Of a DNA stretch of 64,000 nt, positions 1-12,342 are shown in pieces. Within the stretch, counting starts at the first letter, position 1, and every line of letters starts with the position of its first letter. The position numbers and the translations under genes are program-made. The notes beneath the pieces were generated by a model. That model saw only the letters and a program-made list of their open reading frames with translations. It was not told the origin of the DNA and ran no database searches. The DNA is from Myxococcota bacterium (lineage in GTDB: Bacteria > Myxococcota_A > UBA796 > CAJQPC01), in the NCBI GenBank assembly GCA_036012755.1, contig DASCPX010000129.1, positions 96,001 through 160,000 of the forward strand, written 5' to 3'.

Positions 1-323
1 TCGGCGACGCCTGGGAAGGTGAGGCGGCGGTGCTGGCCGAGACGCGGCGCTACGCAGAGGCCCGGATCCTGCTCGAGCGCGCGGTCGTGTCCCATCGACG
101 GCTGGATCGGGCCATCGAGGAGGAGCGGGCGACGGTGCGAGCCGCGCTGGTCGATTCCTTGAGCGGACTTCCCGGGCTCACTCGTCTCGACGAGCGACGA
201 GTCGGTCTCGATCTTCTGGGACCTCGCCAGCCTCTCGGACACCGACACCAGCACGGCGGACGTGACCATCTCCTCGAGCAGCGGAGACCCGGACTACTTC
301 GGCACGACGCTGGCGGCGGGTGA
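1..323 (+). CDS. 3' part of a helical/TPR-like protein, partial at the window edge; the tail probably reads through into a FG-GAP remnant
   Basis: Frame is open from the window start; AEARILLERAV is a TPR-like helix. After ~160 the sequence looks like out-of-frame read-through. Confidence 0.35.
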   Translation, partial: GDAWEGEAAVLAETRRYAEARILLERAVVSHRRLDRAIEEERATVRAALVDSLSGLPGLTRLDERRVGLDLLGPRQPLGHRHQHGGRDHLLEQRRPGLLRHDAGGG

Positions 324-468
324 CTTCGACGGCGACGGCAACACGGGCTCGCTGTTCGGTCTCGGCATGCTCGCGGTCGACATGGACTCGGACGGAGCTG
401 ACGATCTCGCGGTCGCGGCGCCCGGCGAGGGCAGCGGCGGCAGCGTCTACTTCCTCACGCTGCAGTAG
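163..468 (+). pseudogene. FG-GAP/integrin-like repeat protein, C-terminal remnant
   Basis: YFGTTLAAGDFDGDG and DMDSDGADDLAVAAPG...GSVY motifs. In-frame TGA at 160-162 upstream, no signal peptide, fewer than two full repeats. Confidence 0.6.
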
Positions 469-500
469 TCGGTGCCCTCAGCATCGGGTACAACGTGCCG

Positions 501-1070
501 ATGCTGAGGGATCGCCTCAAGAAGCGCCTCAAGGAGCTCGTCGGTAACGACGAGCCCGCCCGGGCCAACGACGAGCCCGCCCGGCCCACTGCGCCGCCGC
601 CGACCAAGGCTCCGGTGGTGGAGCCGGTGGCCAGGAAGCAAAACGGCTTCGCTGCGCTCGCGGCTGCCGCTGCTGCCGGAGAGCTCGACGAGGCTCGCCA
701 CGCGGATGAAGCGAGCACGGACGTGGCGGCCTACGCCGAGCGGGCGCGAGTGAACGGCCGCACCATCGAGCTGGCCGGGGCTGGCCTGAACGTCGCAGAG
801 GACGGGGTCGAGTTCCTCGGCCCGATCGACAACGAGTCCTCCCGGGCGAAGGCCGCGGGGTTGGTGCTCACGATCGACCGACATGAGTGCATCAGCTGTG
901 GCACCTGCATCGAGCACACAGAGGTCGTCTTCTTCCTCGGCGAGGACGACAAGTCCGGCGAGGAGGTCAAGGCCGAGGTGCTGGTTCAGGATGGTCCGAT
1001 GGACCTCATCCAGGACGCGATCGACGCCTGTCCGGTCACATGCATCGACTGGCTGGCCATAGGGGAGTAG
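501..1070 (+). CDS. Single-cluster ferredoxin-domain protein with N-terminal extension
   Basis: CISCGTC ... ACPVTCI cluster ligands. Start is GTG 495 or ATG 501. Confidence 0.8.
   Translation: MLRDRLKKRLKELVGNDEPARANDEPARPTAPPPTKAPVVEPVARKQNGFAALAAAAAAGELDEARHADEASTDVAAYAERARVNGRTIELAGAGLNVAEDGVEFLGPIDNESSRAKAAGLVLTIDRHECISCGTCIEHTEVVFFLGEDDKSGEEVKAEVLVQDGPMDLIQDAIDACPVTCIDWLAIGE
546..587 (+). repeat. 21-bp tandem duplication (NDEPAR x2)
   Basis: aacgacgagcccgcccgggcc / aacgacgagcccgcccggccc. Confidence 0.85.
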
Positions 1071-1093
1071 TCGACGGCTCCGTGGTAGCGTCG

Positions 1094-1906
1094 ATGGCCC
1101 CGGAGCCCCCCGTGAAGCGACGCTCATTCGTAGTCTCACTCGTTGCTGGAAGCGCGCTCGCTGCGTGGTCGCCGAGAGCCCATGCCCTCGACCTGGTCAG
1201 CAGCTCCATGGCCTCGACCGGAGGCGCGCTGGGCATCGTGGGCATCGTGCTCGTGGGCACCGCCAAGGGCGACGAGAGCCAGAAGACGACCGGGCGAGTC
1301 TTCATCATCGCGGGCTTTGCTGCCTCCGGTGCCTTCCTGGTCAGCTCGACCGTGCTGAACATGCTCGCGCTGGCCGTCTACTCCGACGAGATCGAGGCGC
1401 TGGAGCTCGAGGCCGCGGCGGGCCATGGCCCGATGCTGGACAGCCTCGCCGCGGGCTTCGATCTGAGCCCCGCCGAGGTGGCAGAGGCTGTCGGTGCTGC
1501 CCGCGCCCACGTGCCCGCGCTCCAGGACAACGAGGCCTTCTCTCACGCCCTCCTCGCGGAGCTCAGCCTCCGCACTGAGCTGACACAGGATCGGGCTCGG
1601 CCCATCGTGCAGCTGCTCGCCGAGGAGCGCGGTTTCTCGGACATGCCGGGGCACAGGGAGCTGAGCCGGATCACCGGCGTTCCCATCGCAGCGCTGGCGT
1701 CGCTCACGGATCGCGTCATCGGAGGCCACCTCGAGGCGAGCGCCGTCGCCGGAGAGATCCGCAGCGCCCGCGCCATCCTCAACCGCGACTCCCTGGTGGT
1801 CCTCGACAGGGTCATCGACAGCATCCTCGACGAGCACGGCGAGGAGGTCCACCACTGGATGCTGCTGCAGGCCGAAGCGGCGCGAGCGAGGGGCATCGTT
1901 CCCTGA
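1094..1906 (+). CDS. Exported/membrane protein, DUF3015/DUF2388-like
   Basis: Tat-like KRRSF...AHA leader, hydrophobic hairpin, AAGHGPMLDSLA motif resembling DUF3015. Lies upstream of a DUF4105 gene. Alternative start GTG 1112. Confidence 0.5.
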   Translation: MAPEPPVKRRSFVVSLVAGSALAAWSPRAHALDLVSSSMASTGGALGIVGIVLVGTAKGDESQKTTGRVFIIAGFAASGAFLVSSTVLNMLALAVYSDEIEALELEAAAGHGPMLDSLAAGFDLSPAEVAEAVGAARAHVPALQDNEAFSHALLAELSLRTELTQDRARPIVQLLAEERGFSDMPGHRELSRITGVPIAALASLTDRVIGGHLEASAVAGEIRSARAILNRDSLVVLDRVIDSILDEHGEEVHHWMLLQAEAARARGIVP

Positions 1907-4266
1907 GGCGGCGCCTGGTCGCGCTCGCCTGCCTTCTCGGGTCGGGCCCGAGCTGGGCGGACCAGGAGGTGGAGGGCACCTCGTGGGTCCTGGTCGACGA
2001 CGAGCTCCCTTGGGGGGAGGCGGAGGCGTCGCTCTTGGGAGAGCTGGCGGAGTCCTTGCCCCCGGCCTACCGAGATCCGGGCTGGACCGTGCGGATGAGC
2101 CTCCACCCCGCACCAGGGATGGACATCCGAGAAGAGCATGTGCTCGGACGGACCAACGCGGCGGGCCGCCGGGTCTCCCTGCGGCTCGACGGACTGGCAA
2201 AACGGCTCGGCGAGGGCTTCGCCGACGGCCTTGGGGGGGTGGTGCCGGAGGATCCGGAGGGCCTGGCCCTGGCCAGCCGGTACCTGGCCACTCGCGTCGT
2301 GATCCACGAGCTGACCCACGTCGTCGACAGGGGAGCCGACCTCAGCCACTCCGAGGCCTGGCGCAGCGTGGGGGACTGGTCCCTCACCGCCCGGGCCCCC
2401 GGTGTCATCCCGCGGGAGACCTTGGCGGAGTTCGCCTCTCCCCACGGTGCACGCAGTCCGTCAGAGGACCTCGCGACCTTCGCGGAGGTCTACTTTCTTC
2501 CCCCGCCGGTCGGCCCCACGGGCGCCGACGAGCACCCCAAGTGCGCCTTCCCGGGCAAGTTCCGCTTCTTCGCAGAGCGCTTCCCAGAGGGTCCCGACTA
2601 CTCCGGGGTCACCTGCAACAGTCCAGGCGACGAGGGCCTTGGCGCGGACGAGGTCCGCCGGGTCGAGATCCTCTGGGCGATGCCGTCCCTCGAAGCAGCC
2701 ACCTCGGCAGCCGGACACCTCATGTTGGTCCTCGAGCGGGAGACCCCAGGTGGGGTTCGGCTCGACACCTACTCGATGGTCGCGGACGATCGGGGCCTGG
2801 TGGAGAACTCCGCCTACTACCTGGCGATGGGGCTGGCCGGGGGCTTCTACTCGATGATCCAGCGCGAGCCGCTGGCCTCGGTCCAGCTCCGCTACGGCCG
2901 GGACGAGAACCGGGACATCGCGCGCTTCACCTGGCACCTCGACGAGGAGCAGGAGGCGAGGCTCCTCGCTCGCCTGCTCGATCTCGTCGAGCACTGGGAG
3001 CGTCCCTACTACTTCTTCCATCGAAACTGCACGGAGCTCATCGTCGAGCTCGCAGAGGCCGCCGGCACGCCGGTGGACGCGGCGCTGGTCAGCCCGCCGG
3101 ATCTCCTCCTCGCCGACCTCCTTCGCCAAGGAGTGATCAGCCCCGTCGAGGTGCCGGCCTCCTACCGCAGCAGCGCCACCCGAGCGCTGATGTCCAAGGA
3201 TGCCCGGGCGCAGGCGAGCGCTGATTTGTGCGGTGAGCGCTTCAGGGCAGAGTGGAGCGACCCCTCCCGTCGGGACGAGAGCTACCGGAGCATGCTCGGC
3301 CACGTCGAGCAGGTCGACACCAGCGAGTGCTGGTCGGAGCTGGCCCGCGTGCTGGCGTTGTCGGCGCCTCTCGAGCAGACCGAGTGGCTGGAGGTCTCTC
3401 GTAGCGGCGAGGACGTCGAGCAGCCGGGGCGCGCGGCGGCGCTCACGGCGGTGCGGGCTCACGTCTCGGTCGCGGAGCGCCTCGCCATCCAGCAGGAGAC
3501 AGAGGCCATCATCGAGGCGGAGCTGGTCCGGAGGGAGCCCGGCCCCGAGGCCCGGGACCACACACCCTATGTGCCCCTGGGCGCCGGCCTCGTCTGGGGC
3601 GGTCAGGGTCTGTGGCTGATCGAGGTCCGGCGGAGTGCCTTCGAGCTCGTCGTCGGAGAGCCGCGGCGCTTCCCCTCCGCCAAGGGAGTCGGCGGTGCCT
3701 TCCTCGATGGCGCGGTCGCCTGGTCCCCCTGGGATCGCGAGCAGCTCGTCATCGAGTACCAGGTCCTGCGTCTCGGTCGGCTCGACGAGCCCCTGCGTCG
3801 GCGACCGACTCTCGGGCCTGCTCTTCGGGTGGTCGGGGTGCATGGGGACCTGGCCCGCCACGCCACCTCGGTGGAGTGGGCGGCGATGGGTTTCAGCGTG
3901 AACATCCTCCACAGTCCGGACTGGCGAAACCACCTCGATCTGGCTGCCTTCGTCGCAGGCGAGTCGGCCTGGGACGACGGGGTTCCGGCCCACGATGTCG
4001 TGCTGCCGCTCGGGATCGAGGTGCTGCTCAGCGCCAGGGGTCGTCCGATCATGCTGCACGCCGACGCCAGCCACAGCCTGCTGTTCGGTTCCAGGGGTCC
4101 GCTCCGGCGGTTGGACTACGAGGCGGCCCTGCGAGTGGGCTCCCTGACGACCTGGGACGTGGGCGTCACGCCGGAGCTCCGGGCCTCTGGTCGCCAGTGG
4201 ATCGGCGATACGCCCACCTGGAATCGGCACCAGCTGGGGCTCGGTCTTCGCTTCGAGCGGTACTGA
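1903..4266 (+). CDS. Zincin (HExxH) + DUF4105/Lnb-like + C-terminal beta-barrel-like fusion protein
   Basis: IHELTH at ~2305 plus PSEDLA; AGHLML at ~2713; YYFFHRNC at ~3025; amphipathic beta C-terminus ending LRFERY. A signal peptide is present only if translation starts at CTG 1903 (ORF track start is 1969). Confidence 0.7.
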   Translation: MRRRLVALACLLGSGPSWADQEVEGTSWVLVDDELPWGEAEASLLGELAESLPPAYRDPGWTVRMSLHPAPGMDIREEHVLGRTNAAGRRVSLRLDGLAKRLGEGFADGLGGVVPEDPEGLALASRYLATRVVIHELTHVVDRGADLSHSEAWRSVGDWSLTARAPGVIPRETLAEFASPHGARSPSEDLATFAEVYFLPPPVGPTGADEHPKCAFPGKFRFFAERFPEGPDYSGVTCNSPGDEGLGADEVRRVEILWAMPSLEAATSAAGHLMLVLERETPGGVRLDTYSMVADDRGLVENSAYYLAMGLAGGFYSMIQREPLASVQLRYGRDENRDIARFTWHLDEEQEARLLARLLDLVEHWERPYYFFHRNCTELIVELAEAAGTPVDAALVSPPDLLLADLLRQGVISPVEVPASYRSSATRALMSKDARAQASADLCGERFRAEWSDPSRRDESYRSMLGHVEQVDTSECWSELARVLALSAPLEQTEWLEVSRSGEDVEQPGRAAALTAVRAHVSVAERLAIQQETEAIIEAELVRREPGPEARDHTPYVPLGAGLVWGGQGLWLIEVRRSAFELVVGEPRRFPSAKGVGGAFLDGAVAWSPWDREQLVIEYQVLRLGRLDEPLRRRPTLGPALRVVGVHGDLARHATSVEWAAMGFSVNILHSPDWRNHLDLAAFVAGESAWDDGVPAHDVVLPLGIEVLLSARGRPIMLHADASHSLLFGSRGPLRRLDYEAALRVGSLTTWDVGVTPELRASGRQWIGDTPTWNRHQLGLGLRFERY

Positions 4267-4309
4267 GTGAATCGGGGGCTGGACAGAGGGGGGATCCCCG
4301 AGGTACGAA

Positions 4310-4337
4310 GTGGTCGGACCACCAGACCACTGGACCA
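4310..4337. promoter_or_regulatory. FadR/GntR-type operator with two extra half-sites
   Basis: Palindrome GTGGTC-G-GACCAC at 4310-4322; GACCA at 4317, 4325 and 4333. Directly upstream of an operon encoding a FadR-subfamily regulator. Confidence 0.75.
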
Positions 4338-4342
4338 GTAGA

Positions 4343-5811
<1,469 letters not shown>

Positions 5812-5812
<1 letters not shown>

Positions 5813-6495
5813 TGCCCTTCGCGCCCATCAGGAAGCGCAAGCTGGGGGAGCAGATCGCAGAGAGCATCCGCGACGCCATCCTCGGCGGCGAGCTCACGGC
5901 GGGGGAGAGCCTGCCCTCGGAGCGCAGGCTGGCCGACCGCTTCGGCGTGAACCGCTCGAGCGTGCGCGAGGCTGTCCGTCGGCTCGAGGCCCTTGGCCTC
6001 GTCGAGGTCCGGCATGGGGGCGGGACCATCGTCAACGACGTCCTCGCCACCGCCGGTCTCCAGATCCTGCCCTTCCTCATCGCCCCGAACGGCGAACTCG
6101 ATCCGAAGCTCCTGGCCGACCTCCTGGACATTCGCGTCGCGCTGATGGGCTTCACCGCCTCGCGCGCGGCCCGGGGCGAGGGGCCCCTCGATGACCTGGA
6201 GGCCCTGGTCGAGGCAATGGAGTCAGAGCGGGATCCAGGGCGCCTGCAGACCCTGGACTTCGACTTCTTCGAGCTCCTGGTCGTCCGGAGCGACAACCGC
6301 GTGCTCGGCCTGATCAACAACGCCGTTCGCCGCGTCTACAACACCCACGCCGAGCTCTTCGCGATGCTCTACGGAGGCGGCATCGACACGACGCCGCACC
6401 GTCGGACACTCGAGGCTCTGCGTACCGGCGACGCCGATGGGGCTCGCCGCGCCATGGAGGCCCACGGCCTCATCGCCTGTGGAGGCATCTCATGA
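5812..6495 (+). CDS. GntR/FadR family transcriptional regulator
   Basis: LPSERRLADRFGVNRSSVREA winged HTH followed by an FCD-like domain. Confidence 0.92.
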
Positions 6496-7946
6496 TGGAA
6501 AGAGCCCGTAGGGCCCAGGCTCGCTGGGCCGCGCTGCCCGTCGAGGAGCGCGCGCGTCGGCTCCGCCCCGCGATCGACAGCCTGCTGGAGCGCCGCGAAC
6601 AGATCGCGGACATCGTCTGCGAGGAGAACGGAAAGCCCCGCGTCGAGGCCCTGCTTCACGAGATCGGAGCCTCCGTCGGCAAGCTCGACTGGCTCTGTCG
6701 CGAGGCCCCTTCGATCCTCGCGCCAGAGGCCCGGCGCCTGACCTGGATGCCCACGCGACGGGCCGAGGTCCACCGGGTCCCCCACGGGGTCGTGCTGGTC
6801 ATCTCTCCCTGGAACGTGCCTCTCGGGATCCCCCTCGGGCAGGTCGCCGCGGCGCTGCTCGCAGGCAACGCCGTGGTGCTCAAGCCGAGCGAGGTGACGC
6901 CTCGCTGCGGCGCTGTCGTCGGAGAGCTCTTTGCGGGCTGCGACCTTCCCAGCGGTCTCCTGCAGGTCGTCCAAGGCGATGGCGCCGTGGGCGCCTCGCT
7001 CATCGCCCAGAAGCCCGACAAGGTGCTGTTCACCGGGAGCGTCGCCACGGGGCGAAAGGTCATGAAGGCCGCCGCCGAGCACCCGATCCCGGTCGGTCTG
7101 GAGCTCGGAGGGATCGACGCGCTCATCGTCTGCGACGACGCGGACCTCGAGTACGCGGCCTCCGCGGCTGCCTGGGGAGCCACCTTCAACGGGGGCCAGG
7201 TCTGCGCGTCGGTCGAGCGCCTCCTGGTCCAGGCGAGCGTGTACGAGCCCTTCCTCGCCCTGCTCCAGGACAAGCTGGAGCGGGTCGATCCTGCGACCGA
7301 GCTCGGGCGGATCACCGCCCAGCGACAGAAGCGGGTCTACGAGCACCACCTCGAGGACATGAAGGCTCGAGGGCTGGACATCCGCACTGGCGGTGAGTTC
7401 ATCGACGAGCTGCGCCTGGCCCCCACGCTGGTGGCTGGAGAGGGTGTCGGCGAGTCCGCCGTGTGGCGCGAGGAGAGCTTCGGGCCGCTGGTGGCCGCGC
7501 GTCCCTTCGACACCGATGACCAGGCGGTCCAGCTCCATGACGCCACGGAGTTCGGCCTGACGGCGTCTGTCTTCTCTCGCAATCCGGAGCGGGCTCGCGC
7601 GCTCGCCGGGCGGCTGCGCGTCGGCCTGGTGTCGATCAACGACGTCGGCGCCTCGCTCTATGGACACGCGGAGCTGCCCTGGGGCGGGGTCGGCCAGTCT
7701 GGTTTCGGCCGGAGCCAGGGCAAGGAGGGCCTCCTCGAGCTCACCTACGCCAAGGTGATCGAGGACGGCCCGGCCGGCTTCGAGGCCAAGCGTCCCTGGT
7801 GGTACCCCTACGACCAGGACCAGCTGCAGCTGCTGTCGATGTTCGGACAGCTCATCGGCTCCCGGAGCCACCTGGGACGGGCTCGCCTCCTGGCGCGGAT
7901 GGGCGGCCGCGCCGCCCGCATGGTCACCCGCAGCCCGAGGCTCTGA
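6492..7946 (+). CDS. Aldehyde dehydrogenase
   Basis: ISPWN, LKPSE, FTGS, LELGG, GQVC, EESFGP motifs. Confidence 0.95.
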   Translation: MMERARRAQARWAALPVEERARRLRPAIDSLLERREQIADIVCEENGKPRVEALLHEIGASVGKLDWLCREAPSILAPEARRLTWMPTRRAEVHRVPHGVVLVISPWNVPLGIPLGQVAAALLAGNAVVLKPSEVTPRCGAVVGELFAGCDLPSGLLQVVQGDGAVGASLIAQKPDKVLFTGSVATGRKVMKAAAEHPIPVGLELGGIDALIVCDDADLEYAASAAAWGATFNGGQVCASVERLLVQASVYEPFLALLQDKLERVDPATELGRITAQRQKRVYEHHLEDMKARGLDIRTGGEFIDELRLAPTLVAGEGVGESAVWREESFGPLVAARPFDTDDQAVQLHDATEFGLTASVFSRNPERARALAGRLRVGLVSINDVGASLYGHAELPWGGVGQSGFGRSQGKEGLLELTYAKVIEDGPAGFEAKRPWWYPYDQDQLQLLSMFGQLIGSRSHLGRARLLARMGGRAARMVTRSPRL

Positions 7947-7947
7947 G

Positions 7948-8922
7948 ATGCACGAAGACAACCTCGTTCGCTACGTCGCCGGGGCTGGCGGACACGTGGA
8001 GTCCTGGTTCCTCCGGGCGAACGACCCGGACTCCCGCCGCGCCTTCTGGCTCAAGACGACCCTGCTCCAGGATCTGGAGGGTCGAGCCGTGGCCGAGGCC
8101 TGGTGTTGCACCTTCGATGGCGCGGACACCTGGGGTGGTCGCAGCACCGTGCCCCTGGGCGAAGCACGCCTGGTCGGTCCGCTCGTCGTCGGAGCCTGCG
8201 AGATGGATCTCGAGGCGGGGACCTGCCGGGGAGAGATCGGGGACCGCAGCTGGGACCTCCGCTTCGAGCGGGCGCCCGCGCCTCTCGCGGCACCCCTCTG
8301 CATGATGCCTATGGCCCGCATGAAGGAGTGGCCGGTTCCCCGCAGCAAGCTCCTGACACCAGCTCCGGCGCTGTTGTTCTCGGGCACGATGAGCTGGGGA
8401 GGGCAGGAGGTCGCCATCGAGCAGTGGCCGGGCATGCAGGGTCACAACTGGGGCAAGGAGCACGCCCACACCTACGCCTGGGGCCAGTGCCTGTTCTCGG
8501 ACGACGAGGGGGTCTTCGCCATGGTCGAGGCCTTCAGCGGCCGGCTGGCGATGGCGGGACGGCTGACGCCCTTCATCTCGGGCATGGTCGTGCGCCGAGG
8601 AGACCGCGTCTACCGCTGGGACCGCCTCGTCGACCTCTGGAACCAGGAACCAGAGGTCCACGACACGCACTGGCGGCTACGGCTCCGCGGCCCCGACGGC
8701 GATGCGGAGCTCCGGATGCGCGCCCTGCCCGACGAGATGGTCACCCTCGGCTACCGGAATCCGGACGAACACCTCTCCTACTGCTTCAACTCCAAGCTGG
8801 CCGAGGTCGAGCTCGTCGTGAACCCGACAACGGGCGACGGCTTCACCTGCCGGAGTCCCCATGGTGGGGCTCTCGAGATGCTCCGGCGCGAGCCCAATCC
8901 GCGCTTCGGGGAGGTCGTGTGA
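7948..8922 (+). CDS. Tocopherol cyclase/AttH-like beta-sheet protein
   Basis: ESWF, GMQGHNWG, YAWGQC motifs. Confidence 0.55.
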   Translation: MHEDNLVRYVAGAGGHVESWFLRANDPDSRRAFWLKTTLLQDLEGRAVAEAWCCTFDGADTWGGRSTVPLGEARLVGPLVVGACEMDLEAGTCRGEIGDRSWDLRFERAPAPLAAPLCMMPMARMKEWPVPRSKLLTPAPALLFSGTMSWGGQEVAIEQWPGMQGHNWGKEHAHTYAWGQCLFSDDEGVFAMVEAFSGRLAMAGRLTPFISGMVVRRGDRVYRWDRLVDLWNQEPEVHDTHWRLRLRGPDGDAELRMRALPDEMVTLGYRNPDEHLSYCFNSKLAEVELVVNPTTGDGFTCRSPHGGALEMLRREPNPRFGEVV

Positions 8923-11261
8923 GCGGTCTGTGTTTCTTCGAGACGATGTCCGGAGTCCTCGTGGACGACAAGGGCCTCTCCCACCTCGTCGACTTCGAGG
9001 TCAAGGCCGAGGCCAAGAGCGTGCGCGGCTTCCTACGAAGTGGGCGCAGCCGGCTCACCGGGGTCGTGCGTGCCCGTCCGTGGGCTGATGACGCGCCTCT
9101 CGAGGGCACCCTGGAGGTCGGCCCCCGTCTCTTCGTCTACGACTTCACCTTCCGTGACGAGGACCGCCTCTTCCGCCTGCGCGGCGAGAAGCACCTCGGC
9201 CCGACTCACCTGCTGCAGCGCATGACGACCCTGCACGCTGAGCTCTCAGAGGGCGAGACGGTCCTCGCGACCGGGACGATCCGCTTCGATCTGAACGAGG
9301 CCCCCGCGCTGTTGAGCTCGTTCTCTCCCTTTTCGGGCTTCAGGCGAGAAGACCTGCCCGGGACCTTCTCTCCCGAGGAGGTCGCCCTGATGCGTGCCTG
9401 GACGGAGACCGCGATCGTCCCCGGAGAACTCATCGCAGAGGCCGATGAACAGACCCACGAGGAAACCCTCGCCGTTCTTCGCCGGGCGCCGCCCCGGATT
9501 CGTCGCCTGACCAAGTGGGCACTTCGGGCGGTCGATCTCGCCGCCAGAGCCAGGTACGGCCGCGGCTTCGTCGGGCTCGACCTCGAGGACAGGCGCGCGC
9601 TCGCGGCGGGCATCGGGCGCGCCGGTGTCGGCGGTCAGGGGCTCCTCCTGCTCCTGGGCTTCGCGCCCAAGTCGGTGCACTTCGGTCGGCCGGAGTACCT
9701 CGAGGCCATCGGATCGATCAGCTACGACAACCCGGTCCGGGAGCCCGACCCGCGCTGGCTCCAGCAGGTCACGCCTCCAGAGGAGCTCGCACGCGACAGC
9801 GAGCTGGAGGCTGACGTGGTCATCGTCGGCACCGGCGCTGGCGGTGGACCCGTCGCCGCGATGCTCGCCGAGGCCGGCCTGGGCGTCGCGATCGTCGAGG
9901 AGGGGCGCTACGGGCTCCGCCAGGACTTCGAGGGTCCTCCGCTGGACCGCATGCATCGCTTCTGGCGGGACGGGGGCCTCCAGTTCACCCTGGGCAACGT
10001 CCCCATCGCCTTGCCGACCGGCAAGATGGTCGGCGGCACCACCGCCATCAACTCCGGGACGTGCTTCCGCACCCCGGACGCGGTGCTGGCCGAGTGGCGC
10101 TCAGAGGGCTTCCCGACGGACTTCTCCCCTCAGTCCTTCGGGCGCTGGCTGGACTCGGTGGAGGCGGAGCTGCAGGTCGAGCCCGGGGAGGCGCGCTACC
10201 TCGGTCGGATCGCAGAGGTCGTCGCCCGGGGCGCAGAGGCCATGGGCAAGCCCCACGGTCCCCTCCGCCGGAACGCGCCGGGATGCGATGGTCAAGGTGT
10301 GTGCGCGGTCGGCTGTCCGACCGACGCCAAGCGCTCGACGAACATCTCCTACATCCCGCGGGCGCTGGCGAGTGGAGCGGCGCTGTTCACCGGGCTCAAG
10401 GTCCACCGCGTGCTGATGCGGGGGCACCGAGCCGTCGGCGTCGAGGCTCGTGGACAGGACGAGCGCGGGGCTCCGCGAAGGCTCCGGATCAAGGCCCGGG
10501 CGGTCGTCATCGCGGCCGGGACGCTCGCTTCACCGCTTCTGTTGCACGCCAGCGGCGTCCGCCTGCCGATGCTCGGGAAGAACCTCTCCATCCACCCGGC
10601 GCTGGGCATGTTCGGCATGTTCGAGGAGCGCATGGAGGCCTGGAATGCCATCCCCCAGAGCTACGGGGTCGAGGGACTGGTCGACGAGCGCGTTCGCTTC
10701 GAGGGCTTCTACGTGCCCCCGCAGCTCGCTGCGCCGCTGATGCCCGTCGAGGGCCCCGAGCTCACCCGCTGGATGGACCGGGCCGCTCATGTCGCCCAGT
10801 TCGGCTTCATGGTGCGGGACCGTGGCGTCGGTTCGGTTCGGCCTGACTCCGGTGGTCGCCCGCTGATCCGCTACGACATCGACCGGGGGACCCTCGAGCG
10901 CTTCCGAAAGGGCTCGGCGCTCCTGGCCGAGCTCCTGCTCCGCGGGGGCGCCAGCGAGGTCCTCGCCGGGGTGGGATCCACGATCACCCTGACCACGCTG
11001 TCCGAAGCCCGCGCCCTGGCCGAGGCTCCGCTGCGCCCGAGCGCCTTCCGCTCCAGCGCCTTCCACCCCCTGGGGACCTGTCGCATGGGCGCTGACGCCG
11101 CCCGCGGCGTCGTGGACTTCGACCACAAGGTCTACGGGACGCGGAATCTGTACGTGATCGACGGCTCGACCGTGCCCAGTTCGTTGGGCGTCAACCCCCA
11201 GGTCACGATCATGGCGATGGCCGCTCGGGCGGGGCATCGTCTCGCTGCTGCCCTCGGATAG
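8919..11261 (+). CDS. GMC family oxidoreductase with N-terminal accessory domains
   Basis: GTGAGG, GGTTAINSG, HPLGTCRMG, GVNPQVTIMA motifs. GTGA overlap with the previous stop. Confidence 0.9.
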   Translation: MSGLCFFETMSGVLVDDKGLSHLVDFEVKAEAKSVRGFLRSGRSRLTGVVRARPWADDAPLEGTLEVGPRLFVYDFTFRDEDRLFRLRGEKHLGPTHLLQRMTTLHAELSEGETVLATGTIRFDLNEAPALLSSFSPFSGFRREDLPGTFSPEEVALMRAWTETAIVPGELIAEADEQTHEETLAVLRRAPPRIRRLTKWALRAVDLAARARYGRGFVGLDLEDRRALAAGIGRAGVGGQGLLLLLGFAPKSVHFGRPEYLEAIGSISYDNPVREPDPRWLQQVTPPEELARDSELEADVVIVGTGAGGGPVAAMLAEAGLGVAIVEEGRYGLRQDFEGPPLDRMHRFWRDGGLQFTLGNVPIALPTGKMVGGTTAINSGTCFRTPDAVLAEWRSEGFPTDFSPQSFGRWLDSVEAELQVEPGEARYLGRIAEVVARGAEAMGKPHGPLRRNAPGCDGQGVCAVGCPTDAKRSTNISYIPRALASGAALFTGLKVHRVLMRGHRAVGVEARGQDERGAPRRLRIKARAVVIAAGTLASPLLLHASGVRLPMLGKNLSIHPALGMFGMFEERMEAWNAIPQSYGVEGLVDERVRFEGFYVPPQLAAPLMPVEGPELTRWMDRAAHVAQFGFMVRDRGVGSVRPDSGGRPLIRYDIDRGTLERFRKGSALLAELLLRGGASEVLAGVGSTITLTTLSEARALAEAPLRPSAFRSSAFHPLGTCRMGADAARGVVDFDHKVYGTRNLYVIDGSTVPSSLGVNPQVTIMAMAARAGHRLAAALG

Positions 11262-11286
11262 GGGCGGAGGGCGCTACGCTCCAAGC

Positions 11287-12338
<1,052 letters not shown>

Positions 12339-12342
<4 letters not shown>

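Noticed and set aside
8103..8918. ORF-track N-terminal extensions (also 12096, 18641, 20674, 23891, 36565, 42816, 45910, 58123)
   Set aside because: They overlap neighbouring real genes; true starts were placed at overlaps or RBSs downstream.
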